Origin: Nemertoderma westbladi
Lineage: Eukaryota; Animalia; Xenacoelomorpha
Length of the DNA: 35,998 nucleotides
Assembly: GCA_032718475.1 (NCBI GenBank)
Contig: JAUCBJ010007222.1
Coordinates: 1-35,998, forward strand
Reading direction: 5' to 3'
Shown here one piece after another: positions 24,299 through 34,899 of this stretch. A program made the position numbers and the translations under genes. The notes beneath the pieces are model-generated. The model was not told where the DNA came from, ran no database searches, and was given only the letters and a program-made list of their open reading frames with translations. Numbering within the stretch: the first letter of the stretch is position 1; every line of letters starts with the position of its first letter.

Positions 24299-24625
24299 TC
24301 AAGGCAATGCAAACCCCAATGTATTCAACATATCCTCCATGAGACGGTCACAGAATACTTTGCTGGGCCCCAACAAATAACGGCCATTTATCGGAAAATG
24401 AATTGTTAACGCACATGTGTCCGCATGTACACGTCTTGCGCAATCTGATGTACGGTAAAATTCTAACTTTCATTCACCTGAAAAAATAGGAAACCGAGAC
24501 CCCGAACCGAACTGAAGCACAACACGCAAAGTAAGTGTGATTGAATTAATCCCTCCTTTGAGCAAGTCATTGACATCGGCTTTCATCGACATTACGTATT
24601 TACATGGATGTACCGGTTCCATGAA
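24299..24625 (-). pseudogene. HECT E3 ubiquitin ligase C-lobe remnant (G2E3-like) inside the transposon
   Basis: Hand translation: ...ITLTLRVVLQFGSGSRFPIFSGE*KLEFYRTSDCARRVHADTCALTIHFPINGRYLLGPSKVFCDRLMEDMLNTLGFALP*. This matches the HECT pattern L.F.TGS..P / AxTC...L.LP / C-terminal GF. One internal stop at 24472-24470. Confidence 0.7.
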
Positions 24626-24663
24626 CTACAGTATAAAGTATACAGTTACCACCCTTTGCAGAA

Positions 24664-25012
24664 TTGTCACTCGGGTGATAAATAATTGTCACCCGGGTGA
24701 CAAATAATTGTCACCCGGGTGATAAATAATTGTCACCCGGGTGATAAATAATTGTCAACTGTGTGACAAATAATTGTCACCCGGGTGATAAATAATTGTC
24801 ACCCGGGTGACAAATAATTGTCATCCGCGTGACAAATAATTCTCACCCGGGTAATAAATAATTGTCACCCGGGTGATAAATAATTGTCACCCGGGTGATA
24901 AATAATTGTCACCCGGGTGATAAATAATTGTCACCCGGGTGATAAATAATTGTCACCCGGGTGATAAATAATTGTCACCCGGGTGATAAATAATTGTCAC
25001 CCGGGTGACAAA
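24664..25012 (-). repeat. Inverted copy of the 22-bp array (~16 copies)
   Basis: Unit AATAATTGTCACCCGGGTGATA is the reverse complement of the left array. Confidence 0.97.
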
Positions 25013-25954
25013 TATAAAAAATCTGAAATTAAGTGGCCACAATCAGCCACGGTAGCCATTTGACATGCATTTATTTTTAATATGTAATGAATGACATTAT
25101 TGATGTAACAATGTATTGATTGGCAAGCTGTGTTGTTCGAGGTGTTTGTTATTGTACAGTTATAATAGGAAGGGATCTAGGGGTCTTAACCTCGAATGAT
25201 AAGTTTATTTTACCGAAAATAACTTATCTTTTATGGAAGCAATTTTAGGACTAATCCCATCACATGCTTATTACTTTTTAACCGGGTAGTGTAAAATTTA
25301 GGAATCGTAATTTTTATTGAAATAAATATCTCATATCTCGAATGACATTATGTCCGGTTTACTGCAACCGACTTTTCAAAGACGTAGTTCGCTTGTAATG
25401 ATAACCGCTAAATATCTCCACGTCCTCAAAAATAACAAATCAAATACTAAGTGTTTATAAATATATAAAAGTAAAATGTTAAGTTTAATAGTTATAAAAT
25501 TATGTAAAGTGGTTATCATAGAAAAGTACAACAAACGAACTGAATCTTTCAATGTGGGTAGTGGGATGTCGGGAAAGTAGTAGAATAAGAAAATGTAACC
25601 AATCAGTATCCTATCCGCTCACCCGTTAACTACTAACTGTGATATTTTCATTATTGCAACATGAACATATTCATATATATTTTTACAACAGAAGCTTCCA
25701 TTAATTTTGGAATTGTCTCCCTCAAGATTGTTCCACTTCGGAAGCCTCCCTCCATTAACTAAATACTTTTTTTTAACCTCATAAGTCTCATTTATTTACA
25801 TAGATAATAAAAACTGTACAAAAAATTCAGATAATATTAAATAATACCCACCACCAGCTGACGTTACTAGGCATTAGGCAACAAATGAAATGTAAGATGG
25901 AGATGAGCGGCATCAATTAACCGTTAACTAATCCTTTGTATTGTCTCCCTCTAG

Positions 25955-26241
25955 ATTGTTCCACTGCGGAAGTCTCCACCTACCACGCGCGGGTGTGCGA
26001 GAACCTCGACTACGTCCTCTACACGGCGGCCCCGGACGGCCACACCGAAGGGCCACTGAAGCTGGTCGGGCGTCTGGGTCTCCCGTCGTCAGCCGTGGTC
26101 GTCGCAGCGGGCGGACTCCCCAACCGGAAACACGGGAGCGACCACCTCCCGCTGGTCGCCAAGTTCGCGATCAGCAACGAACCAACGGGTCGGGGGATGT
26201 CCCACGCCGAGGGCCGTAAGAAACGCACGATCACGCTGTAA
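25955..26241 (+). CDS. angel: Angel-family protein, last exon
   Basis: Acceptor ccctctag|, phase 1. Encodes EVSTYH...LDYVLY...GGLPNRKHGSDHLPLVAKF. Spliced CDS is 1074+560+167+147+287 = 2235 nt = 744 aa plus stop. Confidence 0.92.
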
Positions 26242-26592
26242 CAGGGAGGGGGGAATTCAGTCCCAACTAATTGGTGCTGCGCTACTAGTATACGCGCTGG
26301 CTTGCTGCCCCCCCCCCCCCCCCCCCACACGATCATGGTAAAACTAAAAACTCGTCGCCGAATAACACCGTAAGATACTTACGTTTTATTATTCGAATTA
26401 GTTGAATTCTTTATTTCACGATGTTCGCCACAGTTATTGTTTTGGTCGTTTATAAACGTAAATAGTTTCGATGAATTTTTATAACTACCCGCAACTCCAA
26501 TATCGTCAGTTTTTATATTCTATCTCTATTAAAGGGAATTTCAATAAGTTGATTGTGGAAATAACGCTGGAAATACTAAATATTACAGACTA

Positions 26593-26598
26593 AATAAA
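26593..26598 (+). promoter_or_regulatory. Candidate polyadenylation signal of the Angel gene
   Basis: AATAAA ~350 bp after the stop codon, with T-rich sequence downstream. Confidence 0.35.
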
Positions 26599-26740
26599 TA
26601 CAGTATTTTTTTCGCGCATTTTTAACAAGCCGTGTTGCCTCTAAAGAGGATTGGAGTTGAATAAGCATTTTTCTTTATAGATAATATTATAAAAAGCGTT
26701 CAATAATAATATATAGTTGGTTGGTAAGAATTAGTGCCAC

Positions 26741-29700
26741 TAAATCTCCCGTTCGCTACGGATGTCCGTCCCTGTAGGTCCCTTGTAAATCTCCCGTTCG
26801 CTACGGATGTCCGTCCCTGTAAGTCCCTTGTAAATCTCCCGTTCGCTACGGACGTCCGTCCCTGTAGGTCCCCTGTAAATCTCCCGTTCGCTACGGATGT
26901 CCGTCCCTGTAAGTCCCCTGTAAATCTCCCGTTCGCTACGGATGTCCGTCCCTGTAGGTCCCCTGTAAATCTCCCGTTCGCTACGGATGTCCGTCCCTGT
27001 AAGTCCCCTGTAAATCTCCCGTTCGCTACGGACGTCCGTCCCTGTAGGTCCCCTGTAAATCTCCCGTTCGCTACGGATGTCCGTCCCTGTAAGTCCCCTG
27101 TAAATCTCCCGTTCGCTACGGATGTCCGTCCCTGTAGGTCCCCTGTAAATCTCCCGTTCGCTACGGATGTCCGTCCCTGTAGGTCCCCTGTAAATCTCCC
27201 GTTCGCTACGGATGTCCGTCCCTGTAAGTCCCTTGTAAATCTCCCGTTCGCTACGGACGTCCGTCCCTGTAGGTCCCCTGTAAATCTCCCGTTCGCTACG
27301 GACGTCCGTCCCTGTAAGTCCTTTGTAAATCTCCCGTTCGCTACGGACGTCCGTCCCTGTAGGTCCCTTGTAAATCTCCCGTTCGCTACGGACGTCCGTC
27401 CCTGTAGGTCCCTTGTAAATCTCCCGTTCGCTACGGATGTCCGTCCCTGTAAGTCCCTTGTAAATCTCCCGTTCGCTACGGACGTCCGTCCCTGTAGGTC
27501 CCCTGTAAATCTCCCGTTCGCTACGGATGTCCGTCCCTGTAAGTCCCTTGTAAATCTCCCGTTCGCTACGGACGTCCGTCCCTGTAGGTCCCCTGTAAAT
27601 CTCCCGTTCGCTACGGATGTCCGTCCCTGTAAGTCCCTTGTAAATCTCCCGTTCGCTACGGATGTCCGTCCCTGTAAGTCCCTTGTAAATCTCCCGTTCG
27701 CTACGGACGTCCGTCCCTGTAGGTCCCCTGTAAATCTCCCGTTCGCTACGGACGTCCGTCCCTGTAAGTCCCTTGTAAATCTCCCGTTCGCTACGGATGT
27801 CCGTCCCTGTAGGTCCCTTGTAAATCTCCCGTTCGCTACGGACGTCCGTCCCTGTAAGTCCCTTGTAAATCTCCCGTTCGCTACGGATGTCCGTCCCTGT
27901 AAGTCCCTTGTAAATCTCCCGTTCGCTACGGACGTCCGTCCCTGTAAGTCCCTTGTAAATCTCCCGTTCGCTACGGACGTCCGTCCCTGTAAGTCCCTTG
28001 TAAATCTCCCGTTCGCTACGGATGTCCGTCCCTGTAAGTCCCTTGTAAATCTCCCGTTCGCTACGGACGTCCGTCCCTGTAAGTCCCTTGTAAATCTCCC
28101 GTTCGCTACGGATGTCCGTCCCTGTAAGTCCCTTGTAAATCTCCCGTTCGCTACGGACGTCCGTCCCTGTAAGTCCCTTGTAAATCTCCCGTTCGCTACG
28201 GATGTCCGTCCCTGTAAGTCCCTTGTAAATCTCCCGTTCGCTACGGATGTCCGTCCCTGTAAGTCCCTTGTAAATCTCCCGTTCGCTACGGACGTCCGTC
28301 CCTGTAAGTCCCTTGTAAATCTCCCGTTCGCTACGGATGTCCGTCCCTGTAAGTCCCTTGTAAATCTCCCGTTCGCTACGGACGTCCGTCCCTGTAAGTC
28401 CCTTGTAAATCTCCCGTTCGCTACGGACGTCCGTCCCTGTAAGTCCCTTGTAAATCTCCCGTTCGCTACGGATGTCCGTCCCTGTAAGTCCCTTGTAAAT
28501 CTCCCGTTCGCTACGGACGTCCGTCCCTGTAAGTCCCTTGTAAATCTCCCGTTCGCTACGGATGTCCGTCCCTGTAAGTCCCTTGTAAATCTCCCGTTCG
28601 CTACGGATGTCCGTCCCTGTAAGTCCCTTGTAAATCTCCCGTTCGCTACGGACGTCCGTCCCTGTAAGTCCCTTGTAAATCTCCCGTTCGCTACGGATGT
28701 CCGTCCCTGTAAGTCCCTTGTAAATCTCCCGTTCGCTACGGACGTCCGTCCCTGTAAGTCCCTTGTAAATCTCCCGTTCGCTACGGACGTCCGTCCCTGT
28801 AAGTCCCTTGTAAATCTCCCGTTCGCTACGGATGTCCGTCCCTGTAAGTCCCTTGTAAATCTCCCGTTCGCTACGGACGTCCGTCCCTGTAGGTCCCTTG
28901 TAAATCTCCCGTTCGCTACGGACGTCCGTCCCTGTAAGTCCCTTGTAAATCTCCCGTTCGCTACGGACGTCCGTCCCTGTAAGTCCCTTGTAAATCTCCC
29001 GTTCGCTACGGACGTCCGTCCCTGTAGGTCCCGTTCGCTACGGACGTCCGTCCCTGTAAGTCCCTTGTAAATCTCCCGTTCGCTACGGATGTCCGTCCCT
29101 GTAAGTCCCTTGTAAATCTCCCGTTCGCTACGGACGTCCGTCCCTGTAAGTCCCTTGTAAATCTCCCGTTCGCTACGGACGTCCGTCCCTGTAAGTCCCT
29201 TGTAAATCTCCCGTTCGCTACGGATGTCCGTCCCTGTAAGTCCCTTGTAAATCTCCCGTTCGCTACGGATGTCCGTCCCTGTAAGTCCCTTGTAAATCTC
29301 CCGTTCGCTACGGATGTCCGTCCCTGTAAGTCCCTTGTAAATCTCCCGTTCGCTACGGATGTCCGTCCCTGTAAGTCCCTTGTAAATCTCCCGTTCGCTA
29401 CGGACGTCCGTCCCTGTAGGTCCCGTTCGCTACGGACGTCCGTCCCTGTAGTCCCTTGTAAATCTCCCGTTCGCTACGGATGTCCGTCCCTGTAAGTCCC
29501 TTGTAAATCTCCCGTTCGCTACGGACGTCCGTCCCTGTAGTCCCTTGTAAATCTCCCGTTCGCTACGGATGTCCGTCCCTGTAAGTCCCTTGTAAATCTC
29601 CCGTTCGCTACGGATGTCCGTCCCTGTAAGTCCCTTGTAAATCTCCCGTTCGCTACGGATGTCCGTCCCTGTAAGTCCCTTGTAAATCTCCCGTTCGCTA

Positions 29701-32700
29701 CGGACGTCCGTCCCTGTAAGTCCCTTGTAAATCTCCCGTTCGCTACGGACGTCCGTCCCTGTAGGTCCCGTTCGCTACGGACGTCCGTCCCTGTAAGTCC
29801 CTTGTAAATCTCCCGTTCGCTACGGATGTCCGTCCCTGTAAGTCCCTTGTAAATCTCCCGTTCGCTACGGATGTCCGTCCCTGTAAGTCCCTTGTAAATC
29901 TCCCGTTCGCTACGGACGTCCGTCCCTGTAGGTCCCGTTCGCTACGGACGTCCGTCCCTGTAAGTCCCTTGTAAATCTCCCGTTCGCTACGGATGTCCGT
30001 CCCTGTAAGTCCCTTGTAAATCTCCCGTTCGCTACGGACGTCCGTCCCTGTAGGTCCCGTTCGCTACGGACGTCCGTCCCTGTAAGTCCCTTGTAAATCT
30101 CCCGTTCGCTACGGATGTCCGTCCCTGTAAGTCCCTTGTAAATCTCCCGTTCGCTACGGACGTCCGTCCCTGTAGGAATCTCCCGTTCGCTACGGACGTC
30201 CGTCCCTGTAAGTCCCTTGTAAATCTCCCGTTCGCTACGGATGTCCGTCCCTGTAAGTCCCTTGTAAATCTCCCGTTCGCTACGGATGTCCGTCCCTGTA
30301 AGTCCCTTGTAAATCTCCCGTTCGCTACGGACGTCCGTCCCTGTAGGTCCCGTTCGCTACGGACGTCCGTCCCTGTAAGTCCCTTGTAAATCTCCCGTTC
30401 GCTACGGATGTCCGTCCCTGTAAGTCCCTTGTAAATCTCCCGTTCGCTACGGATGTCCGTCCCTGTAAGTCCCTTGTAAATCTCCCGTTCGCTACGGACG
30501 TCCGTCCCTGTAGGTCCCGTTCGCTACGGACGTCCGTCCCTGTAAGTCCCTTGTAAATCTCCCGTTCGCTACGGATGTCCGTCCCTGTAAGTCCCTTGTA
30601 AATCTCCCGTTCGCTACGGATGTCCGTCCCTGTAAGTCCCTTGTAAATCTCCCGTTCGCTACGGACGTCCGTCCCTGTAGGTCCCGTTCGCTACGGACGT
30701 CCGTCCCTGTAAGTCCCTTGTAAATCTCCCGTTCGCTACGGATGTCCGTCCCTGTAAGTCCCTTGTAAATCTCCCGTTCGCTACGGACGTCCGTCCCTGT
30801 AGGTCCCTTGTAATCTCCCGTTCGCTACGGACGTCCGTCCCTGTAAGTCCCTTGTAAATCTCCCGTTCGCTACGGATGTCCGTCCCTGTAAGTCCCTTGT
30901 AAATCTCCCGTTCGCTACGGATGTCCGTCCCTGTAAGTCCCTTGTAAATCTCCCGTTCGCTACGGACGTCCGTCCCTGTAGGTCCCGTTCGCTACGGACG
31001 TCCGTCCCTGTAAGTCCCTTGTAAATCTCCCGTTCGCTACGGATGTCCGTCCCTGTAAGTCCCTTGTAAATCTCCCGTTCGCTACGGACGTCCGTCCCTG
31101 TAGGTCCCGTTCGCTACGGACGTCCGTCCCTGTAAGTCCCTTGTAAATCTCCCGTTCGCTACGGAGTCCGTCCCTGTAGGTCCCGTTCGCTACGGACGTC
31201 CGTCCCTGTAAGTCCCTTGTAAATCTCCCGTTCGCTACGGATGTCCGTCCCTGTAAGTCCCTTGTAAATCTCCCGTTCGCTACGGACGTCCGTCCCTGTA
31301 GGTCCCGTTCGCTACGGACGTCCGTCCCTGTAAGTCCCTTGTAAATCTCCCGTTCGCTACGGATGTCCGTCCCTGTAAGTCCCTTGTAAATCTCCCGTTC
31401 GCTACGGACGTCCGTCCCTGTAGGTCCCGTTCGCTACGGACGTCCGTCCCTGTAAGTCCCTTGTAAATCTCCCGTTCGCTACGGATGTCCGTCCCTGTAA
31501 GTCCCTTGTAAATCTCCCGTTCGCTACGGACGTCCGTCCCTGTAAGTCCCTTGTAAATCTCCCGTTCGCTACGGATGTCCGTCCCTGTAAGTCCCTTGTA
31601 AATCTCCCGTTCGCTACGGATGTCCGTCCCTGTAAGTCCCTTGTAAATCTCCCGTTCGCTACGGACGTCCGTCCCTGTAAGTCCCTTGTAAATCTCCCGT
31701 TCGCTACGGATGTCCGTCCCTGTAAGTCCCTTGTAAATCTCCCGTTCGCTACGGATGTCCGTCCCTGTAAGTCCCTTGTAAATCTCCCGTTCGCTACGGA
31801 CGTCCGTCCCTGTAGGTCCCGTTCGCTACGGACGTCCGTCCCTGTAAGTCCCTTGTAAATCTCCCGTTCGCTACGGATGTCCGTCCCTGTAAGTCCCTTG
31901 TAAATCTCCCGTTCGCTACGGATGTCCGTCCCTGTAAGTCCCTTGTAAATCTCCCGTTCGCTACGGATGTCCGTCCCTGTAGGTCCCTTGTAAATCTCCC
32001 GTTCGCTACGGATGTCCGTCCCTGTAAGTCCCTTGTAAATCTCCCGTTCGCTACGGACGTCCGTCCCTGTAAGTCCCTTGTAAATCTCCCGTTCGCTACG
32101 GATGTCCGTCCCTGTAAGTCCCTTGTAAATCTCCCGTTCGCTACGGATGTCCGTCCCTGTAAGTCCCTTGTAAATCTCCCGTTCGCTACGGACGTCCGTC
32201 CCTGTAAGTCCCTTGTAAATCTCCCGTTCGCTACGGATGTCCGTCCCTGTAGGTCCCTTGTAAATCTCCCGTTCGCTACGGATGTCCGTCCCTGTAAGTC
32301 CCTTGTAAATCTCCCGTTCGCTACGGACGTCCGTCCCTGTAAGTCCCTTGTAAATCTCCCGTTCGCTACGGATGTCCGTCCCTGTAAGTCCCTTGTAAAT
32401 CTCCCGTTCGCTACGGATGTCCGTCCCTGTAAGTCCCTTGTAAATCTCCCGTTCGCTACGGATGTCCGTCCCTGTAAGTCCCTTGTAAATCTCCCGTTCG
32501 CTACGGACGTCCGTCCCTGTAAGTCCCTTGTAAATCTCCCGTTCGCTACGGATGTCCGTCCCTGTAAGTCCCTTGTAAATCTCCCGTTCGCTACGGACGT
32601 CCGTCCCTGTAAGTCCCTTGTAAATCTCCCGTTCGCTACGGATGTCCGTCCCTGTAAGTCCCTTGTAAATCTCCCGTTCGCTACGGACGTCCGTCCCTGT

Positions 32701-34195
32701 AAGTCCCTTGTAAATCTCCCGTTCGCTACGGATGTCCGTCCCTGTAAGTCCCTTGTAAATCTCCCGTTCGCTACGGATGTCCGTCCCTGTAAGTCCCTTG
32801 TAAATCTCCCGTTCGCTACGGACGTCCGTCCCTGTAAGTCCCTTGTAAATCTCCCGTTCGCTACGGATGTCCGTCCCTGTAAGTCCCTTGTAAATCTCCC
32901 GTTCGCTACGGACGTCCGTCCCTGTAGTCCCTGTAAATCTCCCGTTCGCTACGGACGTCCGTCCCTGTAAGTCCCTTGTAAATCTCCCGTTCGCTACGGA
33001 CGTCCGTCCCTGTAAGTCCCTTGTAAATCTCCCGTTCGCTACGGATGTCCGTCCCTGTAAGTCCCTTGTAAATCTCCCGTTCGCTACGGACGTCCGTCCC
33101 TGTAAGTCCCTTGTAAATCTCCCGTTCGCTACGGATGTCCGTCCCTGTAAGTCCCTTGTAAATCTCCCGTTCGCTACGGACGTCCGTCCCTGTAGGTCCC
33201 GTTCGCTACGGACGTCCGTCCCTGTAAGTCCCTTGTAAATCTCCCGTTCGCTACGGACGTCCGTCCCTGTAAGTCCCTTGTAAATCTCCCGTTCGCTACG
33301 GATGTCCGTCCCTGTAAGTCCCTTGTAAATCTCCCGTTCGCTACGGATGTCCGTCCCTGTAAGTCCCTTGTAAATCTCCCGTTCGCTACGGACGTCCGTC
33401 CCTGTAAGTCCCTTGTAAATCTCCCGTTCGCTACGGATGTCCGTCCCTGTAAGTCCCTTGTAAATCTCCCGTTCGCTACGGACGTCCGTCCCTGTAGGTC
33501 CCGTTCGCTACGGACGTCCGTCCCTGTAAGTCCCTTGTAAATCTCCCGTTCGCTACGGACGTCCGTCCCTGTAAGTCCCTTGTAAATCTCCCGTTCGCTA
33601 CGGATGTCCGTCCCTGTAAGTCCCTTGTAAATCTCCCGTTCGCTACGGACGTCCGTCCCTGTAAGTCCCTTGTAAATCTCCCGTTCGCTACGGACGTCCG
33701 TCCCTGTAAGTCCCTTGTAAATCTCCCGTTCGCTACGGACGTCCGTCCCTGTAAGTCCCTTGTAAATCTCCCGTTCGCTACGGACGTCCGTCCCTGTAAG
33801 TCCCTTGTAAATCTCCCGTTCGCTACGGATGTCCGTCCCTGTAAGTCCCTTGTAAATCTCCCGTTCGCTACGGACGTCCGTCCCTGTAGGTCCCGTTCGC
33901 TACGGACGTCCGTCCCTGTAAGTCCCTTGTAAATCTCCCGTTCGCTACGGATGTCCGTCCCTGTAAGTCCCTTGTAAATCTCCCGTTCGCTACGGATGTC
34001 CGTCCCTGTAGTCCCCTGTAAATCTCCCGTTCGCTACGGACGTCCGTCCCTGTAGTCCCTGTAAATCTCCCGTTCGCTACGGATGTCCGTCCCTGTAAGT
34101 CCCTTGTAAATCTCCCGTTCGCTACGGACGTCCGTCCCTGTAAGTCCCTTGTAAATCTCCCGTTCGCTACGGATGTCCGTCCCTGTAGGTCCCTT
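26741..34195. repeat. 45-bp satellite array (~7.45 kb, roughly 170 units), unit TAAATCTCCCGTTCGCTACGGA(C/T)GTCCGTCCCTGTA(A/G)GTCCC(T/C)TG
   Basis: Directly visible; three variable positions plus a recurrent 32-bp deletion variant. Confidence 0.99.
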
Positions 34196-34885
34196 TGGCG
34201 TGAATCCAACGGTTCCTAAACACCCATCCATACCATCTGGCCTTGTCACATCGACTCCATTATACTGGAGTATCTCACCACCGAGGTTCTGGATTTACCA
34301 GGGAATGTTGGTTACTTTGTTACATGGTTATTGGTGGTTATTTCCTTTATTCTTGTTATTCTTATAATGTAACGCTTATTCTCTCCTTCAGTGGAGACAA
34401 CACGGCTCGGGTAGGATACTATTATTATGAGTAAAGTTGACCTATAATAACTATTTACTTGATGGCCTGTATAATACTCATGTCTCTATTATAATCCTCG
34501 CCTACACTCGTTCCCGCTGTACTACCGTGACTAACTAACTAGTATCTTCCACGCTACCCTCGGCCCATGGACAACATAATCTAGGAACTAGAATTATTAT
34601 ATAAAGAAGGAATCTCTGTTGAACCTATTCCTTATACAGTTACACCCTATTCAGTTATAGTCCGAGTCGTGTAAACCGCTCGCAGTGCTTGGCGACACGC
34701 GGCTTACAACCGATATTATGTTCCTTCCGGTTGATCCAAAGGGAGACGCCCCAACCCCGTGGTTACAATATTCCCGCGACCACATAGGAAATATAATTAA
34801 TATTAAATTACAGCCATCAATTAAATAGTTATTATTTAATTTCCACCACGCGATTTTTTCATCCAGTATAATATTTATCGGTGAG

Positions 34886-34899
34886 GTTGCCATAGTAAC
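34886..34899. promoter_or_regulatory. RFX X-box-like site
   Basis: GTTGCCATAGTAAC matches the X-box consensus; no associated gene could be confirmed in the window. Confidence 0.3.

Larger units (their letters stand above)
22357..25054. mobile_element. IS3EU-like DNA transposon, internally deleted (intron 4)
   Basis: Perfect 32-bp TIR TACCGTGGCTGATTGTGGCCACTTAATTTCAG. TAY...RTA ends and 6-bp TSD GCCATT (22351-22356, 25055-25060) fit IS3EU. Internal integrase-core remnant. Confidence 0.85.

Noticed and set aside
9548-26327. Scattered poly-G/poly-C runs (9548, 14776, 14891, 17603, 23924, 26308)
   Set aside because: Common in such genomes, mostly associated with MITEs, and their lengths are unreliable in assemblies.
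26734-29070. 778-aa repetitive ORF (VNLPFATDVRPCKSL)n and the minus-strand ORFs at 33868-34249
   Set aside because: Artefact of a 45-bp unit (a multiple of 3) with a stop-free frame. There is no ATG start, and the frame is broken freely by 13-bp and 1-bp deletions further along.
26741-34195. CRISPR array or tandem ribozyme
   Set aside because: No unique spacers, no cas genes and a eukaryotic context. I saw no hammerhead core (CTGANGA...GAAA) on either strand.
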